A stretch of 64,000 bases of DNA from Tubiluchus corallicola (GCA_030141605.1 JAQGDQ010000236.1:1-64000); one strand, 5' to 3'. Shown: positions 41,701 to 55,914, numbered from the stretch's first letter. The notes: generated by a model from the sequence alone, not told the origin. Made by a program: numbers and translations.

Positions 41701-44289
41701 CAAGTACATTAGTGCTTCCATTCTAGTTCTCATGAAGTGCTCTGAGTTTTTGTGAATTGTTGCTTTTGTGTTCAATGTTTTCATGTGTTATTTTTTCACG
41801 TATTGATTTTCTATTCTACTTATGTATTGTTTCCATATATTGCCTTTTTAGTTCTTATTTCTTGTTCGGTTATTCCTATGCTCTTTTGCGCTTGCAAACT
41901 TTCTTGCTTATTAGGTATACAGATGCATTAGTATTCTTATATAATCAATATTTTAATATTGGCTTATTCGAAGTAAGACAATAAAAATAATATTATCGAG
42001 GTCACACATGTATGGCTCAACCAGAATAATTTTGAACAGTACAGCGTCTTTTCCATAGGCAGTGACTGGAATTTTTCGGAAATACCAACAAGACTTATAA
42101 CTCCTGAACGTTCATTTATGTAAACATGTTCTAATGCACATCTTACGTTGATTGTTTTTTACAATTTTTTAAGTTCATTGATAAATGATCTGGGTTGTGC
42201 TACCGATCTAAAATATAAGGACACTTCAATACATAATCTGTTATTCTGCTAACTCGGGAATTCGCTTAAAAGTTAAAATTCTAAACCCTGATTTAAATTA
42301 GTAAGTGATTACACTTATAACTGATTTTGCAAAAATGGTGATACTTCTTGTTATTAATAGGTTTGATTTTACAGTTTAGAGAAGTGGTCAAAAACCTGAT
42401 GTACTATGTATTACTTTGGAATTGTTCATCCACGTAAAATTTCCATTCGCCGTTGCCTGAAGTAGAATCGTAAGAACTACAAACCAAATGCCAGTTACCA
42501 TCCCTGATAGTTGTGCACAAAGTATTAGGGGGCTCCCTAAAAAGATAATAATGACGTAAGATAATAAAGATAATAATGATATAGTATAATAAAGGTAATA
42601 ACGGATGACGTAGTAGCGTAGTTTGTTTCACATACAACCCTATTCAATGTTTTCCACGAATTATAGCATTTTTAATTGTTTATTTTTTCGCGGAAAGAGC
42701 ATGCTATCGAAAAAATACATCACAATTGTTGATGAATTTAGTGATACTATTTTTGATCAAAATGATTTACTTATGCGAAAAATGTGTGCATAGTACTAGG
42801 AAGGACAGGCCAGTCTGGCAGATGTATTGATGACCAGAGATGCGGATTGAGAGAGGGAAATGTGGGTGAATTCGAATTTAATGAAGTAAAAACTTTTGAA
42901 GCGTAAGAAAATGCTCCTAAATAAATAATAAAATTCGTCTTGAAATTTTGAATCATGCGGTTTTAATGCATAAGAGCTTGCATTAGCAGCAACGTTGTAT
43001 AAAACTAGCAAATTTAAACTTTCGCGATGACGTTAGTCGCAGCCATTTTAACGGCAATAAGTTTAGATAACATTTGCGTAAAGTTCGTAAAAATAATCAG
43101 AGCATTTGCAACGTATATTTCACTGACTAGGCAAAAGTATAAATTACTTTATTTTGTCAATAAAACCAATAATTTTTTTTTGGTGAACCAGTAATGTATT
43201 TTGATGCACCCTGGGTTAGTGAAACAGTGACGTTTTACTTGCTGACGCAAAACATTTTAAATTATTAAGAACTTCAGTTACATGTGTTTTTCAAATAGGT
43301 AAGTGTAATGTGAAATAATGTATAACTTTGTATGGAAAGTTTCGACACATACTTTTCATTTAAGTTTACTTGCTTAGATCTTTTTCCTTAAACTAATTAG
43401 ATTTCACAGCTGGGAAGTTAACAACTCCTGTTATCACTTACGTTTTTCGGCCCTAAATGACATAATGCAGAGAATTGGTTTCATCACAGGCAAGAACATA
43501 TTGATTTCCGTCATTACCTCCACCCTGTGTGGCATAACCTATGAGGGCAAATTTCATAGTATCAGTCGTCTTTACCCACTGAAATAAATATGAAAGCCAA
43601 TAATATATTTTAAATGGTGACGGATGACCGTTAATTGGTAAAATACGTCAGATAATATATCTAGAATGAGCCTTTACAAGTAAGATGTCGGGCAAAATTG
43701 CCTCAAAGAAATATTCTTTGCGGTTTTGCGGAACATACTGGATTTTATCGACATCCCCATAGTTTTCCAAGTGAGGAGTTCTGCCACCAGCCAAAGGCTA
43801 TTCATCGTCTTCACGAAGAAGTTTGTCACTTAAACGTCCTATGACACTATTTTTTATGTTATCTCTTTTATAGCCTAGGCGGAATATACACTTCCTAATT
43901 TTTTAAACAGTTCAGATGCATACTTTCATGTGATATGGTAATTTAAATTAAGCGCCGTTAGTACTGTAACAAAATATTATCGCCCGCCATGACACTCAGT
44001 GCTATGACGTCACGTAAGGAAGAGCCATTTAATAGCTGCAGTGCAGTAGACATCCAGCGGCCCCAGCAAGCAAAGCACTATGAACAGAGCGGTTATTGCT
44101 GATTAATGATATATCTATTAATAAAAATGTTTCTTTCAATATTATTTATTTATTTATAGTAAATAAACTTATAAGAGCCAGTCTTCAATTTACAAACCTG
44201 CAAGGAACAGCAAATTTATAGTACATTGTACAACGCAGTATGATGTTACTGTACTATTATTTAAACTGTGTGTAGGCTGTATATTACAA

Positions 44290-45110
44290 AACTTTTAACC
44301 AAACAAGAAAATCATAGTTCAAGACAATGATGGACTGATTACTGACCCATATCAACAGGCGCAGGTCATTGCAGTTTTTTTTTCAAAATGTATTCAATGA
44401 TAAAAAAATTGCATGAAAAATTAACAAAGTTGAAGCTCATCGCATGAACACACCTTTTACAACGGATGAAGGTAAATCTGCAGCTAGGTCACTAAGGAAC
44501 AGCAAGAGTCCAGGGATTGATGAAATAAATGCAGAATTACTTAAATGCAGAACAGATGCACTTTATAAATCAATTTCAACGATATTAAATAATATTGCTG
44601 AAACAGGAATATTTCCAAAGGATCATCAAATAGACATTCTTATGCCGCTGTCAAAACCTGGAAAAAAGAGAAAGCCAATAGTAAATCTAAGACAGAGTTG
44701 ATGCTGTTAATCATAATAAGAAAAATTCTAGCGAATGTAGGTCAGCAGAATGTATGACACACTGCATCAGTGTATTCCTAAAAGTCAAGCAGCTTTCCGG
44801 CCTGATAGAAATACAACTTGTTCAGACTTGAAAGACACTAGTAGAAAAGGCCATCTCTTCAGCAGATTATTCAATATCAATATCTATATATATATTACTC
44901 ATGGACATGTCCAAAGCATTTGACTCAGTTCGAAGAAAGAGACTGCTCCACCACTTACAAGAAATACTTAATCCTGACGAAATTCATATGATATCAATAT
45001 TATTGGAAGATTTTCTAACTAGTGTTAGATGTGAAGGCAGATTGAAGGATCCATTTTCCACGAATAAGGGAATACCTCAAGGACACTGCCTAATGTTTGA
45101 CCAATATGTT
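44290..45110 (+). mobile_element. Decayed LINE reverse transcriptase fragment
   Basis: KSPGIDEINAELLK, PLSKPGK..NLR, QAAFR, DMSKAFDSV and GIPQG motifs with stops and frameshifts. Confidence 0.9.
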
Positions 45111-47436
45111 TGACGTCAATTCGATTGCACAAGACTTATATGCACGTCGAGCAGCAGTCAATCTGTAGACTATGAGAATGTTCTTGACTTCAAGATTTAA
45201 AGGTTCTCTGAAACCCCCATTCGCACATTCGAAAAAAATGCCACAAAGGTTTTCCTAAGTGTCTAAAAATGAAGCGCTCTTTCAATGAGTTAAAATGTTG
45301 TCTGAAAGGCATCTCTTCCTAGTTTTTAGTTTTCTTTTACTTTTGAAACTAACAAAGTGCAGACAATATACCCGGTGTGCACAGGTTCGTCGGTAAAGCC
45401 CAGGGAGCAAAATCTGTCATTACTGCCTTACTGTCTAGTTCTTTTCTCGTCGATCGTACCTGGGAATCAACAATTTCATGTGCTGGAAAGCGTAAAAACG
45501 ATCACTCTTTGTCAGAAGCATAGTCTGAACGGCACTACGGGCAAAAGATAACGTGGCAGTGAGACATTTATACAGCAGAAATCATCAGAAAACAGAAAAT
45601 TAACTGCAACAAGAAAGCAGCCCAGCGCGAAATAATAGCGACGTCACCCTAATACTTTTAAACATTGCACCTCGATACTAATATTTTTTCATCTATAAAA
45701 TATAGTACATTAAAGTACGTGTGGTGGACAAAGCTGTGATTTGAGTTGAACATAAAAATACTTCAGCGAGCGCCCCAGTCTTTCCATTACCGGTGTACAA
45801 CCTGACTTTGACCACATGTAAATACAATGAGAGTCACACATGCGCAGTGTCGTTCCTTACGGGGCATCACTTCCGCTTTCTTCCCCGATTTTTCGTTTTT
45901 CACAAGATTTCTATGCAGCGCTAAGTTTGAAGTCTTTCAATGCTAACCAAAGCGAAACGCGCAAGTTTCGAAAGAAGTAAACCCGCTTTTTTGTATCATG
46001 CTAGTCAGTAGAGAATTTTGACAGCAAGTGTCTACCAGGGTGTCAGTGAACCTTTAATTTACCTGCTTAATTGCTTCTTTCTTGTTTAGCGAGTAACAAA
46101 TAATGTATTTCAATAAAAAGGTGAAGTTCTTTATCTATCTTTATTATATTAAGCAGTGAAAGCGAAAGAGAAGCGAATGAGAAATGTGTGCCCTACCTCA
46201 TAATCCCTGTACGGGAACACTCTATGAGCTTTGACTTTGCGCTTTCAGGTACATGTAAATTGATCTGTCTAGGCCTAGGGAGTGTGTTTTGTGAATTTTG
46301 TGTTCATAGCCCTGTGCATACAAAAAGTCACCAAAGTGGGTGCTCCTCTCTGTAGTTTACAGCATTTAAACTTCTTAAGACCCCAAATGCATATCTAGCC
46401 CGTAGTAACTAAAAGGAGACTTGTTTTTGAAAATACTTTAAATTTAGCTCAAAGCCCCAGGAGCAGCTCTGAATGACAATCGAATAACTGGCCGATGTTC
46501 AGTGCCTTTGACCCTTGACTCAAGATCGCCGGTCACTAACCATTGTCTAAAAAACTGCCCAGGTGTCCTGCAAGTTTCGTAACTCCAGGTTTAGTGCTAC
46601 TCGAGACACTTAGTGTCATAGCGGAAAAACAAGATTGTAAAAAATCTATAATCACTCGCAGAATTTTAGTTTTAGTGCTAGTGCTGTGCCGAATTTTCGG
46701 ATACACCTATCCGGTGGTTAGTAGTGGTGTTTCTACACCGCAACCGACTGGTCGTTTAAAAAACTTTCATACATTTAAGAAGCTAAGTAGTTTACTGGTA
46801 CGTCCAATAAATCGTATGGTATTCAGGCAAACTTTTCTTATCTGTTTCTGAGATACGATGTATTGTGACAAACAGATTTTTGGATTTACCACCGCCCCGA
46901 TTTTTTTCAAAAGCCTCGTTGTTTAACAGTTGAAAACTTAAAGGCATCTCGTGCCATATAAGTGTTACTAATTAGTAGCTTGCTAGAATTGTGATGTTCT
47001 TCTAAATGACCTTATAGAACTTAGACCAGCTGCACCTACCAGACATGATGTTATCTGGGGCCAGTCAACAATGATGACATCGTTCAGCTCTAAATACGTT
47101 GTTGGGTCACGTGTTGGATAGTTGACCATCATACCTTGCGGTTACGGGTCATCTTCTTCCAATTCGACATCAAAGCAAACTGCTGTTAAATCTAGAACGC
47201 AAGTTAAATTTTTGCAAGATTAAGAGCTAAATTCGTTTGTGGGGAATTGTAAACTTTAGCCCTTACATTTAGTTAATAGTTTATAGCCACGGTTTATCCA
47301 AAAAACTGTCCATGACAAAAGCATTCGTGTGAGTTTGTGCGAGAGAACGTTTATTTAACCTATATGAAAAATCAGTAGAAATACATTTTACTCATTTTAA
47401 AAAGCTTGATGAAGGCTTCGATTTCGAACAATGATT

Positions 47437-48135
47437 ATTATATATATATATATATAATAATCTTTATTTGCCATTAAAATACATTGATAATCACTGATAA
47501 AAACTTTACAGAGATAATCAATCAGTGTTAGTTAATAAAAACTTACACTGCTGAAGGCAAATGCGTCAGTGCAATCTAAACTACTGTGCAGTAATGGAAA
47601 GTAAGGACGAATAAAATCAAACATATTTACAACTATGCACAAAAAAATGAAAAAAACTATGATTTAATTAATATGGCCGTGGGTATATGAATTCTGAATT
47701 AGTGTGTATGTTGTCTGTGATGGTATTTCATATCTGGTTAATATTAGTGATTTTAATTTTGTTTTAAATGCCGATAGGGACTTGATTTGTTTAACCTGTA
47801 ATGGTAGAGAATTCCAAAGTAGAATTGCTTGTTTGATTACAGAGTTCGTTCCATAGCGGGTATTTGTCCTAATTTGTTTTAGATTGCTTGTTCTGGAATT
47901 GATGATAGGATTTGGAAAAAAAGGTAAATCTGTTATTCTGGAATGGTTTGCTGATGTTGTTAATGTATTTAAATATAAAAAGCAGAGTAAAATACTCTTT
48001 GTGTGCTTCAATGATTGGGAATTTTAAAGTTTTTCTCAGGTTAGTTGTTGAAGCTTTGAATTTTCGTCTACCTGCCTTATGTTTGTATGAGTACCCAGCT
48101 ATCAATCTCAACGCATAGTTCTGAAGGTGATTAAT
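47437..48135 (-). mobile_element. 5'-truncated CR1/L2-like LINE, copy B, with (TA)n tail
   Basis: ORF remnant 47664-48011 (RTNTRYGTNSV..LWNSLP..FKTKLK); near-identical to 36947-37613. Confidence 0.88.
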
Positions 48136-49447
48136 TAAAAACTTTTTAAATTAAATGCCTGCAGCAATTTTTTCTTAGGTTGCTAAATTGGTAAAAATGC
48201 AAGTAAATCGTTAGAATCAAAATTCGACTAATGACTAATGATTAATAACTAATTACATTCGACATTTAGTTAATCAATTGTCAATCCCAGACAAAGACAA
48301 CATACTTATAGGAGCTTAAACTGACTATCCCCGTATAGTTGTGTCATGCCTCACTTTGACGAGAACTTGAAGACTTCGCTTTAGGAAAACCATTCGTTTA
48401 CATAAAACTTAAAAAAATTGTCTTGAGATTTTATACCACTCACACATGGTCTTACTGCATACAAAGCTTGTATTAGCAGTAACGCTGTATAAAACATTTG
48501 AAACAAGTTTAGATAGTATTTGAGTAAAGTTTGAAAAAAATAATCAGAGCATTTATAGCACACTCTTTACTACTAAGCAAAAGTGTAAATTACTTTGTAT
48601 TGTCAATAAGATAAACAATGTGTTTTTTGGTTAGCGAGTCAACAACATTTTACCAATTGGCAAGAGTACTTTAAATTATTAAGTTTTTTCTTTTCTAGTT
48701 ACCCAAGTCTTTTAAACAGAAGAGCAAGTAATACAATTTTGCATGGAAAGTTTTTTTTGGGACACAGTTTAACATTGCCCTTTTCTTTGCCTGATTTACG
48801 TCGTGCGTAGGTAACGTCCTGTAATGGCGCGGCCGAAACAATATCGCGGGTGATTAAAATGAAAACAAATGAAAATTCCTTTTTAACAAAAGTACAATAT
48901 ACGCTTAAAATTGCTATAAACTAATATAATTTTTAATACCATTTCTCTGAATTCTACTTCAGGAATCCATTTTCTTGTCCTTTAAACATTTAATACAATT
49001 AATCAATTGAGTTTCAATTCACTGTTCAGTTACCTTCGATCTGCATGGATCCACTATGCACGTGCCGTCTGTACTCGGCAATAAGATTCTTAAAGCGTCG
49101 ACCCAGAGGTGCTAAATAAACGTAGTACAAAGGGCTATACAAAAATTGAAATACAACAAATTTATGATTTACACACAATTACAGAAAACGAAACGGATTT
49201 CACTGAGCTGTAAAGCAAAACAAACACTCTTTCCGAATATCGAACTCTGTATCGAATTCCACATATTTACCACTTTTTGTTACGTTATGTACGAAAGCTC
49301 GAATTATGAAACATCGTTTAAGCGAAATAAAACTGTTTTATTAATCACATTTTAATTTTGGGTTTTTGTTCAGTATTTTCTCACGAAGTCTTGAACTTAT
49401 ATAATTCTTAATATAAATCACTGTCCAGCATATAAAGCAGGTACAGC

Positions 49448-49738
49448 CAGGGCCTATTTCAGCCTAGGCGAGGCCCGGGGGAAGTGGGGCGTGTGAGGCC
49501 TCATCGGGGGGGGGGGGGGCGAGCGCTACCATGGTTGGCGCCCAGAAAATTTTTGAACTGCTAGAACGCCGGAGAAGCATTTTCGAAGAGAAAATATGGA
49601 GTTATACAGTTGTTAAAGGAAAGAACAATTGAAAAAAGAACTGCTTCATTCTCAACACCAGTTCTTAATACTTGTCAATACTGGCAAACGGTAAGGCAAG
49701 AGAGAGAGAGAGGGAGAGAGAGAGAGGGGGGAGGAAGA

Positions 49739-49806
<68 letters not shown>

Positions 49807-49897
49807 GCAGTATGTTCGCATAAAGCAAAAAAATGTTACCTTGGCACGAGGCCCCGGGCAAGTATCCCCACTCCCCCCCCCCTTGAAATAGGCCCTG
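49448..49897 (+). mobile_element. hAT-type MITE, copy 2, with expanded internal (GA)n
   Basis: TIRs CAGGGCCTATTTCA / TGAAATAGGCCCTG; perfect 8-bp TSD GGTACAGC. Confidence 0.93.
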
Positions 49898-51651
49898 GGT
49901 ACAGCACTCGAGTGTGTGACACGCCTACACATATTCATACTTAAAAGTTTGATGGTACTATAATCGTACTTCTGACCTTTAAAATTCGTTACAATTGCTT
50001 ATTAATTATTTGTCCATAATAGTCAGATGAACCCTTGGTCTGCATGAACGCTTTGGTACAAATGAGGCGAACAATGATAAAAAACCATTTGACGCTCACC
50101 ATATTCTGTAGCTCCTGCTAACGCTATTCCAGCAAGAATTCCAGCAAGTAAAAACTGTAAAGTAAAAATTTCAGCGCGATTAAAAATACTGACCCAATTT
50201 TTCATAGAGCGATAGTTATTATTTATTGAGACATTTTCAAAAATTTTCAGACTTTTCCAAATAGTGAGCTTGGCGTTGAGCCCATCACGGGTTTTAACTT
50301 AACTGTAATTATTATATTGTGCCCTGAAAATGTTATACACTGTCATCACATGTATCTGCAAAGCCAAGGAAGACCTAAAACCAAATTTAAAACTACGACC
50401 TGGACAGGGGAAGGTCACGTGTTTATTCTAAGTAGATTGATGTAAGCTGTACAAGTATACTTGTTAAAGATTTCTTGACCATTTTATATGACAACCTAAT
50501 AACAATGAAAACAGAGAAAGTTAATACAAAAGCATTACTTTTATTAAACAATTATGCCTTGCAACAAGAATAATTACAAAAAGAATAAAATCATCAGATA
50601 AGATCATTTAAATCGGATTTTCTAACTATTTCCACCCATCTGTTGGTTTGAATAAATGAAACGAACGCATTCGAAATGGTTTAGTTTGAACCACAGTCGT
50701 CATTGTGATAGTCCAATTTTTGACAGAAAACTTTTCTGTTTGGATAAAGCAAACATTCAATTTAGTCAGTGTTAAATTGTTAACAATTATGCTTGCACTT
50801 GTCGAAACGTGAATAAAATGTCTTATAATAAATGTATATTAAATGCCTTACCTATTAACAATTTTTGCAATTTAAACAGTATTTGCACCATATGCACATA
50901 CAAAATAAATTTCGCTGGTCACGATTTAAAAATATTTGGTATTTAATGATCTTTGCACTTTTAAAACATTGTACAATAAATCTCCTTAATGAATATTCAG
51001 TGACTAGTTGCTTAGCATATGGAAATATCAAGTCTAGGGGAAGAAACTGTTAGTTCTGTGAACCGCTGCCTATAGTTAGTAGTTAGGTTTGTATTGATGC
51101 GCGATTTAAATCCAACGTGTGAACACACTTCCGCTGACATGCAAACAGGCTTTGACTTACCTCGAAAACTGACCATTTTGAAGCATAATTTGGAAAACTA
51201 AACAAATTTTTCACTTTGTAAAAATACTTACAATTTTGATTTTTAGCGTTAATGCCATGATTTGCAACACGTATATATACTGGTAAAAGAACAGTGATGC
51301 ATATAAGTTTGAAAATCAGTTCGATGATATTTATAGGTCAGCCATCCTCGATAAGACCTAGATGTTATTAATATTATTATAAATCCGAAAACAGTAACGA
51401 CCAATAAGTGCCGCGTGACACAAAGATTTCAGTTTTCGACGTTTAGTTAGCAAAACAAACACGTAGCGTTAACAATTGTCAGAACCAAGTCGCTTATAAA
51501 CTTTCTCTGTTAGCACGATTAGCGTAAGCTCATAAACCAAAAACCGCCTTACCATAAAGTTTTATGAACGAAGTCCTGCATAAATGCAAGATTGTAGTGC
51601 TGCAAAGAGCACTTTCCTCATTTCTTCTAATCAATTTGCTTCACGATCAAG

Positions 51652-51891
51652 CAGGGCCTATTTCAAGGGGGGGGGGAGTGGGGATACTTCCCCGGGGCCT
51701 CACCCTCCAGGGGGGTCTCGCGCCAAGGTAACATTATTTTTTTTTGCTTTATGCGAACATACTGTATAACTCCATATTTTCTCTTCGAAAAAGCTTCTCC
51801 GGCATTCTAGCAGTTCAAAAATTTTGTGGGCGCCGAGGGGGCCTCACACACCCCACTTCCCCGGGCCTCGCTTAGGCTGAAATAGCCCCCT
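51652..51891 (-). mobile_element. hAT-type MITE, copy 3 (inverted, internally deleted)
   Basis: Same family in reverse orientation; TSD CGATCAAG/TGATCAAG; one TIR decayed. Confidence 0.85.
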
Positions 51892-52869
51892 TGATCAAGT
51901 AACACTGCGACTAAGATGAAACAAGAACATGCTCAAAAAAGTCATATTTATTTATCTATATAATTAAAACTCATATTGCAAGGAATTTAATCAAACTGCG
52001 CGTATGTAACAAACGTGTAGACCTATATACCAACAATAAACGTTATTCTGTTAAAAATTACAGTTTAGCAACCCCGTCTGAAATGAAAAATTACGTCGCT
52101 TAGCTCATTACCCCTGCATGTCACTCATTTTTGTATTTCATCTATAATTATGTATAACGATAGCTGACGTAGACGACTTTTTGATCGACTGTCGTTTCTT
52201 TCTTCTTTTACTGCCATTATTGTTATTATCTTCTCTGTATCAACAATTGTTATTATGGACGCGCTGAAGAAAAATAATTAATAAATTTTGTTTGGTGTTA
52301 AACTTTTATGTTGTTCTTTTTCGATTTATAGTAGGCGGGAAAGCAAACATTGGGCGAAAACAACGTCTGCCCATATAATTTGCTACTTCGGCACTAAAAA
52401 GTAATTATATTAATACCACAAACTTTTGCCCGTCAAGTCTATAAAGAATAAATAAATTAGTCAAACAAAAAATCAAACAATCAAATAACTTGTCCATTAG
52501 ACATTATCTTAAAGTATAACATTCAAACACAACAATTACAAATATAAACATGCAACACAACAATAACAATAAATAAAAATAATGCTAGCATAACTTCATA
52601 TGGGCTAGCATGTGACTCTACATGTGTCATAGATCAAAACCATTTCAAAACATCACATACACAGCAGAACGCATTTAAATAAATAATCAAAACATCACAT
52701 ACACAGCAGAACGCATTTAAATAAATAATCAAATCAGTCAAACATTTCCGACATTATCAAACTACAGCAAAGAATTAATATTAGTCTGCAGAGAAAAACC
52801 ATTATTATTGCTATAAAAGAAAGTTTTAGTTTATACAACATTTAGGACAACGAAAAGCTAATGTAATCA

Positions 52870-53900
52870 CTAACATGATTTTTTAGTAATATGTGTTCAA
52901 AAGTCTTAAATCCGTAACGAAACTGATTTATCTACTTATCAAGTTCGTGGTTACGATCTTATAAGGAAAACAGCTACTGAACTTGGGGTCTTGCAATTTA
53001 CGTGTCCGAAAATTTAAATTGGAGACATGTTATTATTCCTAACGTGAATAACTTACTTTGGGAAATCCAATTTATAGATATTTCTGGTTTTGATTCAGGC
53101 CAAAAGGTATGTCTAGGGACTTCTTATCGACCACCGTTCGCAATTAAAGCTGACCGTGATACATTTATAAATGAATTCTCTACTGTTCTTTCATTTGCTT
53201 GTAAATTATATGGCTGCATTTTACTTTCTGGAGATTATAATTTCGATTTTTTACGACTCGTCCAACGTCCGATTATTAGATCTTTTTTGCCTAAAATTAC
53301 TCGCCCAACGAGCATTACACCTCACAGAAAGACTTTGGTTGACAACTTTTTTAGTCACTTCAGTGCTATCGATGATCAAATTTCTGCCGGTATCAATTCT
53401 CTGATATTCTCTTGTAGGCTATTCTTCTAAAGAATTGCTCCGCGGCACGAATTCCTGCACATATTATGGGGCGGGCATTACACAAATATATTTCACTTCG
53501 TATGTCATACTAAACCAGCCCCGGGTAAGAGAGGTATTTCAGCTAATAAAATAATCTTTATAGAATTTAACATCTTAGAAAACACGAACCTGCCCAGACT
53601 GACTGACTGCGGTTAACTGGCTGATTGGCTACTTGAAAGACTGATGCGCAGATTGACTAACTCTAAGCTAACTGACAGATTGACACGGCTTATTTTGTCA
53701 CCTTTAAACTTAGAACGTCTAAACGCAAACCAATAAAATACGTTGAGTATAGAAAAATGTCAGATGAGAACATTTTATCATTTTCGCGTTCACTGAGAAA
53801 TGTTGATGTCGCTGACTATTTAAATTGTGAAGACGTTAATGATAATTATCAAATTTTTAATAATTTCATTAAAAATGCTAGAGATACTCACCTTCCCTGG
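52870..53900 (+). mobile_element. LINE APE-endonuclease remnant interrupted by a secondary insertion (about 53405-53682)
   Basis: GTSYRPP, ILLSGDYNFD, PKITRPT..TLVDNFF and a split SD/H motif, then YRKMSDENILSF. Confidence 0.8.
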
Positions 53901-55122
53901 TTCCAATATTACATGAGTGACAATCATTGCAATCATTTCTGTATACAATTGATTGTCATTCAATTGCTGATCATTTAGTTGATCTAGGATCATCTGGACG
54001 TCAAAGTATTAAAGTGGTGGTTAGTTCAGTTTTTTTCAGTTATTACTATTGCCGCTGTGAGTGACTAAAAACTATCCATTGACCCATTCATATCTGCTTA
54101 ATAGAAAGAATGTTTATGGTTTAATGATTTATCGTAAGAGGTTGTGAAACATAATATTTGATGATTTGTTGTATGATGTTATGAAAACGGTTGTCATTTT
54201 CCCATTTGTAGACACCAAACAGGAATAACTGGTGAATTTAAAAATTTAATAAAGAGATAAATATTTAAGTGTTGATCTGATTATTCTTGAATAACTGTAA
54301 CTCACACGATTGCGTTATACAATTCAGCATTCTGTCAGCATCCAAGGTTCAGTGGCAGGACCTAATTAATATTGTATGGCTATGTGGTGGGAATAGAACT
54401 TAGAATAGAATTGCCAAGGATAATTCTTTAAAATGAGATGATTTTGAGCGATCATTAGGACATTATCAAATATCTGTTATTCCAGTCAGATAGGCAGGGA
54501 AACACGGTATACTCGATGCTGGATTCCTGGTATTGGCAACGAATTTAACTAGAACAAACTGCTCTTTTATCGTGACACGAGCTCCACGTAGCAAACAAAT
54601 GAAAGCATATAACACGCAAACTGTGCAGGAACCTCTCTGTCTGACGGACATTAAAATTAATGAAAGGAAAGCACTAAAACACTTTTTCAGCGAGCCATGA
54701 TTTTTAGTGGCAAAATGGTTGATTGCAAGTAACGAAATTCGTGTTTCAAAGCCACATTTGCCGAACAATCCACTAATATAAAATGCGGGCTTTCTCAATA
54801 ACGCCCTTAACTCCTTGTATTCTACGTAATTTTGACGTTCTGACAACTAGACACTTGACTTATAATAATCCAAAAATTTCATTTCTATCTCTACTATCTA
54901 AGGGAACTATTCTCTTTTTTAATGACACACCCCAAGATGTTTTTACTATGTGGGCTGCAGTAAACGCGCAGGTGCAAATCACGTGACCATTTTTGCACAT
55001 CCAGGGCTGAAAAACAGGAATGTAGTCACTGTAGCCTAGTAGCCTAGTTGACGTGTGAGTATATATTATTGCTCGGTGTTTGTGTGAACTGATCAATAAA
55101 CGCTTTCAAGGAAGTAAATAAT

Positions 55123-55914
55123 ATGAGCTCTTCTGGGAAGAAATTCGCAGGAAAGGTGGCCCTTGTTACGGGTTCATCTTACGGGATCGGCTACTGCATT
55201 GCAAGACGCTTGGCTCAAGATGGCGCCCATGTCATGCTCAGCAGCAGCGTCAAGGAGAATCTGGACAAAGCGGTGAATACTCTGAAAGCTGAAGGGTTGT
55301 CAGTAAGTGGTACCTTGTGTAACGTGTTGAACGAAGACGAGTGGCAGCCGCTGATCGATGCTACAGTAGCGAAGTATGGCGGTATCGACTTCTTTATCTC
55401 AAACGCCGGTAGTCTGGGTGGTGAAGGCGTGCAAGGACCCGTCCTGGGCGTGACACAGGAAGGCTGGGATAGAGTTTGGAAATTCAACGTTAAATCTGGC
55501 TTCTTTCTGGCAAAGGCAGCTGCCGCTAACATGGAGAAAAGAGGAGGAGGTTGTATAGTATTCGTTACATCTCAAGTGGGATACAGTGCTTGCGCTGGTT
55601 GCGAAATACTTCCTGGCATTGGCATGTATTCTGTGACCAAGACGGCATTGATTGGGCTCATAGATGCCATGGCGCCCCAGTGCGCAGAGAAGGGCATTCG
55701 AGTCACGGGGCTAGCACCTGGATTGATCAGGACAAATATGGCTAAGGGTTACCCACCAGAGGTATTTGATAATTTTCTGGAGAGGTGTCCAATTAAACGA
55801 ATCGCAGGTCCTGAAGAGATGGCGGGAACTGTGTCGTTTCTGTGCTCAGAAGACGCTAGCTACATTACTGGAGAAACTATTGTGGTCAACGGCGGGTTTC
55901 CAGTCCGACATTAG
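55123..55914 (+). CDS. Classical short-chain dehydrogenase/reductase, DHRS4/DHRS2-like, single exon, 263 aa
   Basis: KVALVTGSSYGIG, SNAG, catalytic S (VTSQ) and YSVTK, GIRV..LAPGLIRT, SFLCSEDASYITGETIVVNGG as in DHRS4; ATTAAA about 400 bp downstream. Confidence 0.95.
   Translation: MSSSGKKFAGKVALVTGSSYGIGYCIARRLAQDGAHVMLSSSVKENLDKAVNTLKAEGLSVSGTLCNVLNEDEWQPLIDATVAKYGGIDFFISNAGSLGGEGVQGPVLGVTQEGWDRVWKFNVKSGFFLAKAAAANMEKRGGGCIVFVTSQVGYSACAGCEILPGIGMYSVTKTALIGLIDAMAPQCAEKGIRVTGLAPGLIRTNMAKGYPPEVFDNFLERCPIKRIAGPEEMAGTVSFLCSEDASYITGETIVVNGGFPVRH

Larger units (their letters stand above)
40218..51176 (-). pseudogene. Secreted pentraxin/LamG-domain gene with C-terminal helical tail, carrying several inactivating lesions
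   Basis: Exons 51176-51161 (MVSFR), 50154-50100 (LLAGILAGIALAGATEY; one extra T breaks the phase), 47191-47040 (..DDP*PQGMMVNYPTRDPTTYLEL..QITSC, in-frame TAA at 47142-47144), 42916-42771 (GAFSYAS, no frame open end to end), 42536-42415 (DGNWHLVCSSYDS..WKFYVD), 41126-40977 (GGAFLIGQDHD..SFSG) and 40552-40218. Confidence 0.75.

Noticed and set aside
54466-54846. 126-aa ORF upstream of the SDR
   Set aside because: No recognisable domain or splice context
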